Shown here in pieces: positions 1-9,419 of a stretch of DNA of 18,903 bases; the first letter of the stretch is position 1; the number at the start of each line of letters is the position of its first letter. Source of the DNA: Cyanobacteria bacterium J06626_4 (lineage in GTDB: Bacteria > Cyanobacteriota > Cyanobacteriia > Phormidesmidales > Phormidesmidaceae); the NCBI GenBank assembly GCA_038523235.1, contig JBCBJQ010000112.1, positions 1 to 18,903 of the forward strand, given 5' to 3'. The notes beneath the pieces were generated by a model. It ran no database searches. It was not told where the DNA came from and was given only the letters and a program-made list of their open reading frames with translations. The translations under genes and the position numbers were made by a program.

Positions 1-220
1 TCATCAGGGGAACGGCTGGTGATGCAGCCTTGTGAACCCCTCTAGAATACGGCAATAAATTTAATTTCCAAAGTACTAAGGGATACGCCTGAAAATAAAG
101 TACCCGCGAAACGAGTTTCGACTCCGCTCAACTCTCGGGGCTCGTAGAGTTTGCTAAGTAGAACCTATCGACTCAAAACGAAACGGCGTGAGTCAGGGGT
201 CAGCGTCAATCAATCGCTAT

Positions 221-293
221 AAAGAGGAACCGCCCAGAAGAAAATCTGGGCGGAGTGTGGTGTGAGGAGTGAACGGAAACTTTCGTCTCCGAT
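221..293 (-). ncRNA. yfr1: Yfr1 small regulatory RNA
   Basis: The minus strand carries the Yfr1 undecamer ACTCCTCACAC (+260-270). It sits between a 5' hairpin (CGGAGAC-gaaa-GTTTCCG, 274-291) and a terminator hairpin (CCGCCCAGA/TCTGGGCGG, 230-253). The position downstream of guaB matches the known guaB-yfr1-trxA arrangement. Ends are approximate. Confidence 0.93.
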
Positions 294-300
294 ACACCTT

Positions 301-322
301 ATTGTAATTGTGACAGTTGTCA
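301..322 (-). promoter_or_regulatory. yfr1 promoter: -10 box TACAAT plus adjacent palindrome TGACA-N2-TGTCA
   Basis: TACAAT on the minus strand (+301-306) lies about 7 nt upstream of the predicted Yfr1 5' end. The inverted repeat is at 311-322. Confidence 0.6.
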
Positions 323-589
323 TTCCGCCACTGGTACCCTTGTCAAAGTTAATGTTTCTTTTGATTAAAAGATAAAACTCTCTGAAACTGACCCATAGAG
401 GCAGTTGCCGCTTTCGCAAATCAGTCATGAAACCATGACAATCCTTCTGATCGCAACCATTGCTGTAGAGATGAAACCGGAGTCCGGTACCACTGCACCT
501 CATCAGGTGCCTAGTATTCACACCTCACGGCCGCTGGCTGAAACTGATCAGTCCTAAGTCCCCTGGTTTTTAGCCCCACCACCCAAATC

Positions 590-1753
590 CTATTTGCCCA
601 TACCGAGCTGTTGAGCTTTTTGATAAACCTTGCCCTCAGTCAAGAGTGAAGGGGCGACAACCACCTCTACCTGCTGCATTTCTTTCAGGTTTTTAGCACC
701 TAACGTGCCCATGCTGGTTTGCAGTGCACCTAACAGGTTATGAGTGCCGTCATCGAGCTGGGCCGGACCTCTCAAAATTTGCTCTAGCGTGCCGGTACTA
801 CCAACGCGAATACGTGTGCCGCGCGGCAACACGGGGCTCGGAGTCGCCATGCCCCAGTGATAGCCACGACCAGGGGCTTCTTTTGCCCGCGCGATCGGCG
901 ACCCAATCATCACGGCATCTGCACCGACAGCGATGCATTTACAAATGTCGCCGCCGGTCACGATGCCGCCATCGGCAATCACTGGTACGTATTTGCCAGT
1001 TTCTTGTTGATAGTCGTCACGGGCAGCAGCACAGTCAGCCACGGCAGTCGCCTGAGGCACGCCCACGCCCAAAACCCCGCGCGAGGTACAGGCGGCTCCC
1101 GGGCCAATGCCTACCAGCACACCGGCAGCACCGGCTTTCATTAAATTGAGGGCCACTTCGTAGGTGACGCAATTGCCCAACACCACAGGAATGGGCATAT
1201 CACGACAAAATTGGACCAAATCTAGCGGTTCAATCGATTGCGGCGACAGGTGGGCAGTTGACACCACGGTAGCCTGCACAAACATCAGATCAGCGCCGGC
1301 GGCGGCGATCGCTTCACCGTATTTAGCAGCGCCTGCCGGGGTTGAACTCACCGCAGCAATCCCCCCTTGCGCCTTAATGGCTTGAATTCGCTGCTCAATC
1401 AGTTCAGGACGAATGGGGGTGGCATAGAGCTTCTGCATCAGCGTGACAAAATCTTCTTTGCCCACGGCCGCAATCTGATCGAGGATGGGTTCAGGGTCGT
1501 CGTAGCGGGTTTGGATGCCTTCGAGATTGAGAACTCCCAAGGCCCCATACTTTGACAGCTGAGCCGCAATATCGACATTGACGACGCCGTCCATAGCGCT
1601 AGCAATGATCGGAATCTCGCGCGTAATGCCGCCAATTTCCCACCGGGTATCGGCCAGTTGCGGATCCAAGGTGCGATTTCCGGGCACCAGTGCAATTTCA
1701 TCAAACCCGTAGGCTCTACGGACCGTTTTTCCCCGACCTAATGCAATATCCAC
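590..1753 (-). CDS. guaB: GuaB3-family IMP dehydrogenase (CBS-less, 387 aa)
   Basis: Motifs AYGFDEIALVP, IIASAMDGV, catalytic loop VGIGPGAACTSR and VIADGGI. Start moved to GTG at 1753 (MDIALGRGK) behind a GGAGAG RBS; the ORF track extends to 1777. Confidence 0.95.
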   Translation of the reverse strand: MDIALGRGKTVRRAYGFDEIALVPGNRTLDPQLADTRWEIGGITREIPIIASAMDGVVNVDIAAQLSKYGALGVLNLEGIQTRYDDPEPILDQIAAVGKEDFVTLMQKLYATPIRPELIEQRIQAIKAQGGIAAVSSTPAGAAKYGEAIAAAGADLMFVQATVVSTAHLSPQSIEPLDLVQFCRDMPIPVVLGNCVTYEVALNLMKAGAAGVLVGIGPGAACTSRGVLGVGVPQATAVADCAAARDDYQQETGKYVPVIADGGIVTGGDICKCIAVGADAVMIGSPIARAKEAPGRGYHWGMATPSPVLPRGTRIRVGSTGTLEQILRGPAQLDDGTHNLLGALQTSMGTLGAKNLKEMQQVEVVVAPSLLTEGKVYQKAQQLGMGK

Positions 1754-2194
1754 GGCTCTCTCCAACCCAAAAACCATTCAGACAGGCTAACATTTTGTCG
1801 CGTGACTCGGGCTATGATCATTGCCCGAGCGCTTCCTCCCAGCGGCACAGTGCCCTTAGGGTGGATGGCAGACAGCTCGGTCACTACCGACATTGATTTA
1901 TCGGGGCGGCAGCTGCGACCTCTCGGTGAGGGTGAGCCGGGCGACTGGACAGACCTCCTTATAAAAAAGAGACGGTTTTTGAGGAAGCCGCCTTTAAATC
2001 GATTGGCGCGATCGCTAAGAAAAGCTGTATTTCCTCAACTTGTGGGCGGGAGGGTCGAGTCAGCCTTTAATCTAAGTAACGAACGATAGTGGGGCGATGC
2101 CCGCTGCAGACCCCGAACAGATGACCTGGCTCAGAGCAGGGAGTGATTCGAGGGTGCAATTACGTCTCATGACCTCTCATAAGGAGCCCGCTCG

Positions 2195-2905
2195 GTGAAT
2201 CTGTCTTCTTTAGGATTTTTTCGGAGCTTACGGAGTAAGAATCGACAATTTGCCGTCATTGGGCTCGGGCGGTTTGGCCGGGCTGTCTGCGCTACGCTGA
2301 ATAGCCTAGGCTATGAAGTATTGGCCATTGACAACCAAGAGCAGCCCGTGACGCAGGCGTTAAAGGACGAAATTGCCGCCCATGCGGTGCAGTTGGATTC
2401 AACCCAGCGGCTCGCCTTAGAAGAAGCGGGCATTCCTGACTTTGACACGGTGATCGTGGCGATCGGCAACTATGTTGAAGAAAGCGTCATCACCACACTC
2501 AATGTCAAAGAGCTGGGAGTGAATTATGTGGTGTCAAAAGCATCGAGTGAAATTCATGGCAAGGTGCTCGACCGGGTCGGAGCAGATCTGGTCGTGTTTC
2601 CAGAGCATGAGATGGGGTGTAACCTGGCGCGGGCGATTACTCGACCCGGCATTTTAGACCGATTTGAGCTAGACCCTGACAACAGCATCGTTGAGCTACG
2701 GGTACCCGCTGAGTTCAATCAAAAGACGATCGCTGAGTTAGACCTCAGAAACAAGTACGGGGTCACCCTGCTAGCGTTGACGCAACCCGAAAACACGGAG
2801 AAGTTTGAGGTTAACCCCAGCCCGATCACTCAATTGCAGACGGGTGCCGTCATGGTCGTTATCGGCAACAATCGCGGCCTCGAAAGATTACCGCTTGAAG
2901 AATAG
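2195..2905 (+). CDS. ktrA: TrkA/KtrA-family K+ uptake NAD-binding (RCK) subunit
   Basis: Rossmann motif FAVIGLGRFG, DTVIVAIG and GADLVVFPE, plus a C-terminal TrkA_C region (TIAELDLRNKYGVTLLA). GTG start with an AAGGAG RBS. Confidence 0.92.
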   Translation: MNLSSLGFFRSLRSKNRQFAVIGLGRFGRAVCATLNSLGYEVLAIDNQEQPVTQALKDEIAAHAVQLDSTQRLALEEAGIPDFDTVIVAIGNYVEESVITTLNVKELGVNYVVSKASSEIHGKVLDRVGADLVVFPEHEMGCNLARAITRPGILDRFELDPDNSIVELRVPAEFNQKTIAELDLRNKYGVTLLALTQPENTEKFEVNPSPITQLQTGAVMVVIGNNRGLERLPLEE

Positions 2906-2915
2906 GAGATCACGC

Positions 2916-4094
2916 TTGCGAATTATTGGCCTGATTAGCGGCACCTCGGTGGATGGCGTAGATAGCGTGATTGCCGACATTGAGGGCAAGGGATATGACT
3001 TAACCGTCACGGTGCTCGGGGGACAAACCGTGGCTTATCAACCCACCCTACGCCAGCAAATTTTAGACGTCTGTGGGGGAGCCCGCCTCTCTCTGGCGGA
3101 TTTAGCGACTCTCGATGATGCGATCGCCCACAGCTTTTCCCAAGCCGCCCAAACCTTGATGGCGGCTCATGGCCCGGCTGACCTGATCGCGTCCCACGGG
3201 CAGACGGTATTTCATCGCCCTTCCAGAACCACCGGCGAACTAGCGGCAACATCGTCGCTCGGCTATAGCGTGCAGCTGGGGCGGGGAGCGCTGATTGCGA
3301 CGTTAGCGCAATGCCCGACCGTAAGCGATTTTCGTCAAGCTGATATCGCCGCTGGGGGCGAGGGTGCCCCTCTCGTACCACCGGTCGATCTGGCCCTCTT
3401 GAGCCACCCGACACGCACGCGCTGTGTGCAAAACCTGGGCGGCATTGGCAATGTGGCGCTGCTGCCACCCCGGAGGGCGATCGCCCCGGCTCAATCGCCC
3501 CAAGTCTTGGGATGGGATACCGGCCCCGGCAATAGCCTGCTAGATCTAGCGATCGAGCATTTTTCGCAGGGGCGGCAAACCTACGACCACAATGGCACCT
3601 GGGCAGCTCAAGGCACGCCTTTTGAACCCCTGGTGGCACAGTGGTTAGACCACCCGTACTTTGCCCAACAGCCCCCCAAGTCAACTGGCCGCGAACTGTT
3701 TGGCCCGGACTTTTTAGAGCAGTGTTTAGAGGATGCTGCCACGCGATCGCTAGCGCCCGCCGATGTCTTAGCCACTCTGACGGAGCTGACAGCGGTCTCG
3801 ATCGCCCATAGCTACCGCACTTTTCTCCCCGCTTTACCCGATGAGGTACTGCTGTGCGGGGGCGGCAGTCATAATGCCTATCTGGTTGAGCGGCTGCAGC
3901 GGCAGTTGCCTCAAGTACTGATTCAATCGACCACTGCGGTGGGCGTTCCGGCCGATCTCAAAGAAGCCTTAGCGTTTGCCGTGTTGGGCTATTGGCGACA
4001 GCAGCAGTTTCCGGGTAACTTGCCCAGTGTGACGGGAGCACAACAAGCGGTTCCCCTGGGCACTGTGGCTGCGCCAATCGCCCTTGAAGTGTAA
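2916..4094 (+). CDS. anmK: anhydro-N-acetylmuramic acid kinase
   Basis: Motifs IGLISGTSVDGVD, SHGQTVFH, DFRQADIAAGGEGAPLVP, NLGGIGN, DTGPGN, PKSTGRELF, CGGGSHN and KEALAFA. TTG start at 2916 after AGGAG (2904-2908), 10 nt after the ktrA stop. Confidence 0.95.
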   Translation: MRIIGLISGTSVDGVDSVIADIEGKGYDLTVTVLGGQTVAYQPTLRQQILDVCGGARLSLADLATLDDAIAHSFSQAAQTLMAAHGPADLIASHGQTVFHRPSRTTGELAATSSLGYSVQLGRGALIATLAQCPTVSDFRQADIAAGGEGAPLVPPVDLALLSHPTRTRCVQNLGGIGNVALLPPRRAIAPAQSPQVLGWDTGPGNSLLDLAIEHFSQGRQTYDHNGTWAAQGTPFEPLVAQWLDHPYFAQQPPKSTGRELFGPDFLEQCLEDAATRSLAPADVLATLTELTAVSIAHSYRTFLPALPDEVLLCGGGSHNAYLVERLQRQLPQVLIQSTTAVGVPADLKEALAFAVLGYWRQQQFPGNLPSVTGAQQAVPLGTVAAPIALEV

Positions 4095-4326
4095 TCGCAG
4101 CGGGGCAATGGAGGCTCCCCCACAGCGCGCTAGCGAGGCCAGGATAGGCGGGAGGGAATGGCGTCTACAGGCAACCACAGATGCCCCCGGCAAGCGAAGC
4201 CGCTTGTTTAGGTGGTTAAGCTACACTGATAGCCGCTAAGATTTTGGGCAGGCTGATCGGTGGTTAAGTGACCCAATCACACAGCGATCGCTGTGTGCAG
4301 CCAACAACAGTATTAGGAAACTGCGG

Positions 4327-4770
4327 GTGAACCACACATTTTTAATCGAGCCCGGTCGCTGGAAGCTCCAGGGCAATTGGTTAGAGCGTGATAAACCGCC
4401 GATGGCCATTCGGGGTGGCATTTTGATCGCATGGGGCCGGGGCAACTGGTTCACCATGGTGATGAAGTGGACGTTTCCCAATGATAATCATGACGAAATC
4501 GCCCTACAGTATAAGGGTCGTCTCGCCGGTGGCGAGCGTCAATATACCTTTGTGCTGCAGCACAGCGAGTTGGGCCGCGTCGAAGGTGAGGGATGGGTAA
4601 CGCCCGCCTCAGTGGTGCAAAGATATTGGTGCCTCGGCGATCGCCAGCGGCGCACCGGGTTTGAAACCCTCTACCAGCTAGATTCGGGCCACTATCATCT
4701 CTCTAGCGGCATCATGGCCGGGCACTACCTCACCACCGCGATCGAAGCCACGCTAGAACGGCAGCCATAG
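4327..4770 (+). CDS. conserved cyanobacterial hypothetical protein (beta-rich, 147 aa)
   Basis: Open frame with a GTG start and an AGGA RBS. Aromatic/Gly-rich alternating strand pattern (GRWKLQGNW, YTFVLQHSELGRVEGEGW). Function not recognised. Confidence 0.8.
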   Translation: MNHTFLIEPGRWKLQGNWLERDKPPMAIRGGILIAWGRGNWFTMVMKWTFPNDNHDEIALQYKGRLAGGERQYTFVLQHSELGRVEGEGWVTPASVVQRYWCLGDRQRRTGFETLYQLDSGHYHLSSGIMAGHYLTTAIEATLERQP

Positions 4771-5065
4771 ATACCGGCTTCTCCCTCCTGGGTATCTTTA
4801 GCTGGACGTCAATCGGGCTGCATCCCTCGCCGGACGTGACATCGTTGCCAGCAGTCAGCTTCAACGGCAGGCGCTAAACATGACTAGAATACGATCACGA
4901 TCAGAGCGTTAGGGATCAGCCGCATTCTCCGGCCAACTGCGTCCCTTTGCTTGCTGAGTACCGGCTCTACCTCGCATAATGGGCTCTGGACTGGGCCGTC
5001 ATGGGTGGCTCACTTAACCGTTCAAGGTTAGGTCCAGATCGCCAATCAAAAAACAGAAGGATGCT

Positions 5066-6652
5066 GTGGCAGCTTCTGACTCGTCTAGCGTTATCTTCAT
5101 GTCAGACCCCAATCTCGGCCAAAAACTTGCCAATCGCTACGAGTTAATGGAACTCGTTGGCCAGGGTGCTATGGGGAAGGTGTATCGGGCAGAAGATACC
5201 CTGCTGGGCGGCGTGATCGTGGCCGTCAAGTTTCTCTCTCAAACCTTGCTCACGGGCAAAATGCGCGATCGCTTCGTGCAAGAAGCCACTACCTGCGCTC
5301 AGCTGGGCCAAAACAGCATTCATGTGGTGCGAGTCACCGACTATGGCGTCAACGACGAAGATATTCCGTTCTACGTGATGGAATATCTGCAGGGCGACAG
5401 TTTAAGTATCCTGATTGGTCATAAAGCTCTTCCGATTCCGCGATTTCTCAGCATCATTCGACAAGTGTGTCTGGGCCTCAAGTCGGCCCATGATGGCATT
5501 CGCATTCGCGGCTATGATCGACCGGTTTCGATTATTCACCGCGACATCAAACCGAGCAATATTCTCGTCACCCAAGACCCCACCCTAGGCGAACTCACTA
5601 AAATTCTGGATTTTGGCATTGCCAAGCTGATGCAGGCTGATACCGAGCAAACCAGCTCATTTATGGGCACGTTGGCCTACGCCTCACCCGAACAGATGGA
5701 GGGCAAGGAGCTAGACAACCGCTCTGACATCTATAGTCTCGGCATTTTGATGTATCAAATGCTAACCGGTACGCTGCCCTTACGGGCCGCCAACCACACC
5801 TTTGGTGGCTGGTATAAGGTGCATCACACGGCACCGCCCCGACCCATCTCTGACATTGAGCCCAACCCCAACGTGCCAAAACTGTTGGAGCAGCTCGTCA
5901 TGAGCTGTTTAGAAAAGCAGGCAGAAAATCGTCCCCAAAATATTGTGGAGATTCTGCAGGCGCTGGAGCCGTTAGAACAGCGTTATGGCACCGGATTTCG
6001 GATGGGGCAGCGCATCAGCGCCACCTTGTCTCGGGTGCCGATCGCGCCGGAACCCAAGAAAAAATCGTTTGACACCCCTTCCGAGCGCCTATCAGCCACC
6101 GAAAATGCTGTTCGACGGCACGTTTCATGGCCAGCCAATAAACCCATCGCCGAGATTGTTTTTCCGCACATTTTGCCCACTAACACGGGGCCACTGGCGA
6201 CTCTGTGGGTAATGTTACCCGAGAGCGAAATCGCCAAACGGCTACAGGGAACTCGCTACAACACCTTTATCTGCACCATGTCTCCCCACCCCATGGTGCT
6301 CTGGCTGACGGTTTTATATAGTCCTAAACATGGCCCCCGCTGGCTACCGTGCTATATCGACCTCAAAACTCAGACCGGGCAAGAAATGGTCTTTCAACTG
6401 GGCAAGAATGGCGTTTACAAGGTGCTGTTTTTTGCAACCCAAGCCCCTCGGGAATGTGCCCACGTCGTCTCTTGCACGATCGCCGAACCCCAGCAAAAGC
6501 TCCTTCAGTCATGGGTGATGTCGGCTCGCACTCAACTTTCGGTGGCGAGCCCTGCGGTCAGCAAGCAAATGCTGAAGGACGAACTCAACAACAACATGAA
6601 AGAAAAGGTTTTGCAGCAGCTAGAGGCGTTGTATCTTGACACCGACTCGTGA
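5066..6652 (+). CDS. spkA: Hanks-type Ser/Thr protein kinase, SpkA-like
   Basis: Kinase motifs GQGAMGKVY, VAVK, IIHRDIKPSN, DFG, GTLAYASPEQ and SDIYSLG. The N-terminus LANRYELMELVGQGAMG..EDTLLGGV resembles Synechocystis SpkA as I recall it. An alternative ATG start is at 5099. Confidence 0.9.
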   Translation: MAASDSSSVIFMSDPNLGQKLANRYELMELVGQGAMGKVYRAEDTLLGGVIVAVKFLSQTLLTGKMRDRFVQEATTCAQLGQNSIHVVRVTDYGVNDEDIPFYVMEYLQGDSLSILIGHKALPIPRFLSIIRQVCLGLKSAHDGIRIRGYDRPVSIIHRDIKPSNILVTQDPTLGELTKILDFGIAKLMQADTEQTSSFMGTLAYASPEQMEGKELDNRSDIYSLGILMYQMLTGTLPLRAANHTFGGWYKVHHTAPPRPISDIEPNPNVPKLLEQLVMSCLEKQAENRPQNIVEILQALEPLEQRYGTGFRMGQRISATLSRVPIAPEPKKKSFDTPSERLSATENAVRRHVSWPANKPIAEIVFPHILPTNTGPLATLWVMLPESEIAKRLQGTRYNTFICTMSPHPMVLWLTVLYSPKHGPRWLPCYIDLKTQTGQEMVFQLGKNGVYKVLFFATQAPRECAHVVSCTIAEPQQKLLQSWVMSARTQLSVASPAVSKQMLKDELNNNMKEKVLQQLEALYLDTDS

Positions 6653-6735
6653 ACCGGCGCAGGCGCAGCTGATGACAGTCTGTCTTTAGCCCAATAATGG
6701 ACGCTGGTTTAAAGCAAGGGACTAGCGCTGAGCGA

Positions 6736-7614
6736 TTACTTCTCTTTGGGGAAATACAGCACTGGATGCCAACTCTGGCGCAGCAGTTCTCGTGTGAGGC
6801 TAGGCACCGACCAGCGCAACAGCCCCCCAATACCGCGGGAGGAGGTGGCGATCGCGCCAATATCGTATTGGTCAGCCGCCCGCAGAATTTCTTCCAGGGG
6901 ATCACCCTCTTTAACAAAAGTCTCAACGTTGACGTTTAACTCTCGCAGCGTGTCAGCGGCTTTGTGCAACTTTTCTCGAGCGTCTTGCAACGGGTTGTCG
7001 CCCCGGAGTTCGCGACGAATATTGTCATCAATTACCCAAAGCAGCCAGTACTGGTGATTTTCAGGCGGGGGATTTTTCTGTACCTGCGCCTTTAACACCT
7101 CTAAAAATTCCGTAGACCCGGTAGTGCCATCATAGGGAATCAACAAATAATGCAAAAGGTTGCGGGAGCGAATGGCCAGCTCTTCGGTGGTGTAGGTCGA
7201 AACCATCTGAGGGCGCATGATCATCATGGGCACCGGCGTGCGCTCCACCAGCTTCATCGTGGTGCTGCCAAAGAGTTTCTCTGAGATCACATTGCGGGTC
7301 GGCGTCCCTAAAAAGACCACCTCACAACCGGATGACTCAATCTGCTGCAAAATATTGTCACTGGGGCGACCACAGGTCACGCTGATTTTGGTCTCAGTGC
7401 CGGCAGGAACCGTTTGAATGGTTTGCTCTAGCCGAGCCCTAGCGACCTGCATGCCATCTTCATCAACTTTAGGAACGCTGCGATCAGTTTGCACCGCCAC
7501 ATTATGAAAAAAAGTAATCTCAGTAATACCGCCTTCAGCCAAACTAGGAATCGTGCAGCCTAAGCGGTACAAACCATCTTCAAAATCAGTACTAATCAGA
7601 ACTTTGCGAAACAT
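6736..7614 (-). CDS. universal stress protein with two USP domains
   Basis: Domain 1: MFRKVLISTDF...GRPSDNIL...LFGSTTMKLV. Domain 2: LLIPYDG...EGDPLEEILRAA...SRGIGG...PVLYFP. Confidence 0.9.
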   Translation of the reverse strand: MFRKVLISTDFEDGLYRLGCTIPSLAEGGITEITFFHNVAVQTDRSVPKVDEDGMQVARARLEQTIQTVPAGTETKISVTCGRPSDNILQQIESSGCEVVFLGTPTRNVISEKLFGSTTMKLVERTPVPMMIMRPQMVSTYTTEELAIRSRNLLHYLLIPYDGTTGSTEFLEVLKAQVQKNPPPENHQYWLLWVIDDNIRRELRGDNPLQDAREKLHKAADTLRELNVNVETFVKEGDPLEEILRAADQYDIGAIATSSRGIGGLLRWSVPSLTRELLRQSWHPVLYFPKEK

Positions 7615-7945
7615 ATGCTTTGGCTTTCTGGATCAGGTTAGCGTCCCTATCATGATGCATTTACCTAGCTGCAGCAATCTGATGTGACGGACAGCAACAT
7701 CCTGAATAATCGTTCTCTAGAGCCTTAAGCAACCCTTAATGAGTTTCGTAGATTTTCAATCATAACTAGATGAATAAACAAGGCTGACGGACATCGCAAC
7801 TAAATATCGCACTAACCCTCATTGCTGCCTATCGAGAATCGTAACCGTGTCAGTTGAAAGGTAAACGCCCCAGCGCCCCCAGCTCAATTCGGTAAGAACT
7901 CAGCAAGAGAAGGAGGTCGTCCCCTTTGTAGCCTCAGCTAATGCC

Positions 7946-8137
7946 CTAGGCCGCTGAAGAATCGATGCCCCACTCATGCTTGATGAAGTGTTTGTACATC
8001 GTTTCACGCATCATCATCTGTTCATAGAGCTTGACCAAGAACTCTTGGGCTTGCTCTCGACTCATTTTGTCGACCTGGGTTTCAAAGGAGCGGAGGCTAA
8101 ATTGCTGCTCCAAGGTGAGCCGTGAAGGTTCAGTCAT
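7946..8137 (-). CDS. nblA: phycobilisome degradation adaptor NblA (63 aa)
   Basis: LTLEQQFSLRSFETQVDKMSREQAQEFLVKLYEQMMMRETMYK is the typical NblA signature. ATG at 8137 is preferred over the 8185 start of the ORF track. Confidence 0.96.
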   Translation of the reverse strand: MTEPSRLTLEQQFSLRSFETQVDKMSREQAQEFLVKLYEQMMMRETMYKHFIKHEWGIDSSAA

Positions 8138-8252
8138 GACTAAATCATCCAACTTGAGAAACAACACCTGCAAAGAATCATTCACAGATTAACCAGCAGG
8201 TTATCTCTGTTCTTCCCTCCGCAGGGAGAACTCTCCACAGGTGACTAGGAAT

Positions 8253-8282
8253 ATCTTACAAAATGTAAAAAAGATTTGACAA
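8253..8282 (-). promoter_or_regulatory. putative sigma70-type promoter of nblA
   Basis: Minus strand TTGTCA-N18-TAAGAT, overlapping the palindrome TTACA-N3-TGTAA (8256-8268). Confidence 0.55.
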
Positions 8283-8362
8283 GTAGGCTACTTTTTTGCA
8301 GCGAATGATAAATACGTTACAGTTTGAACCCTGTGCCCAGCCGTCTACGATCGCTGCGCACA

Positions 8363-9142
8363 TCACAGCTGACGCTCTGTTTTGAGCATTTGCCGGTAAG
8401 CCAACCATCCGGCTAAAACCATGCAGCCAGCAAAAATGGCCAAAAAGCCCAGATGAGGCGCGATCGCGGCCCACTCAGCATCCCCCGACAACACCCCCTC
8501 TAACGACAGAATCATGTGATAAATGGGGTTATATTGCGCGAGGGATAAGAGCGTCTCAGGAAACAGGCTGACGGGCAGAAAGGCCCCACCCAGCAGCAGC
8601 AGCGGGATGCCGAACACGGCCACCAGGGCATTCACATCTTCGGTGCGGCGGGCAAATTGGGTACCCAGCAAAAAGCCTAGGCCGACATAGGCCGCAACGC
8701 TGAGCAAAATGACGACGAGCGCTAGCGGCAGCGAGCCGACAAACTCCCCCCCAGTACTCACCACGATCGCCCACACGAGAAGCGTTTGCACTAAGGCAAT
8801 ACCGCAGTGGGCGACGAAAATTCCCAGAAAATAAGAAATCCCGCTGAGCGGTGACAAAAACAGTCGTTTGAGGGTTTGCTGCTCTCGCTCAGCTACCACG
8901 GTCGCTACGCTACCGCCTAAACAGCTAAAAAATAACGCAGCGCCGACCAGGGTGGGAGGAGCGGCCTGCTGATACGCGGCTGACGTCGTAAGTTGAGCCC
9001 GCTCGGCGAGGATGAGGCTATTCATCACCAGCATCAAGATCGGAAAAATCATCCAAAAGATCAAACTGCGTCGCCGCCGCAACAATTCACTCAAGATGCG
9101 CTGGGCGATCGCGAGGGTTTCGCGCATAACTTTGGTAATCAT
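8363..9142 (-). CDS. ABC-2 type transporter permease
   Basis: About six hydrophobic segments, the ABC-2 motif VAEREQQTLKRLFLSPLS and GAFLPVSLFPETLLSLAQYNPIYH. Probable ATG at 9142; the ORF track gives 9178. Confidence 0.9.
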   Translation of the reverse strand: MITKVMRETLAIAQRILSELLRRRRSLIFWMIFPILMLVMNSLILAERAQLTTSAAYQQAAPPTLVGAALFFSCLGGSVATVVAEREQQTLKRLFLSPLSGISYFLGIFVAHCGIALVQTLLVWAIVVSTGGEFVGSLPLALVVILLSVAAYVGLGFLLGTQFARRTEDVNALVAVFGIPLLLLGGAFLPVSLFPETLLSLAQYNPIYHMILSLEGVLSGDAEWAAIAPHLGFLAIFAGCMVLAGWLAYRQMLKTERQL

Positions 9143-9419
9143 CAGGCTCTCGCTATGAGTGAGCAATTCCAGCGGCACAATTTCAGGGAATTTAGCCAGC
9201 CTTTAGTATGCGACAAGATGTTCCTTCAAAGTCGTGATTGATCAAAGGATGGCCAGGGTTCAATCACGATTGCTCGCAGAGACAGAGCCATTGGAGAAGT
9301 TAAGGCCCTGGCTTATCCGGACTGGTCGTACCGCAGACAGCCACAGGGTGCTCAGCCCATTGCCAAATTCACCATCAACTAAAGCTGATACCCTTGAGTC
9401 ATTTGCCCTTTATAAAGCC

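Noticed and set aside
210..521. 103-aa minus-strand ORF
   Set aside because: Overlaps Yfr1 and its promoter, and has no recognisable protein features.
1802..2194. 95-aa ORF or a c-di-AMP riboswitch upstream of ktrA
   Set aside because: The ORF lacks motifs. The conserved ydaO elements (GCUGAAU, GGGGAACC, CCCGUCAGCUAAC) are absent.
2805..2915. N-terminal extension of anmK in the ORF track
   Set aside because: Overlaps ktrA. AnmK similarity and the RBS point to TTG 2916.
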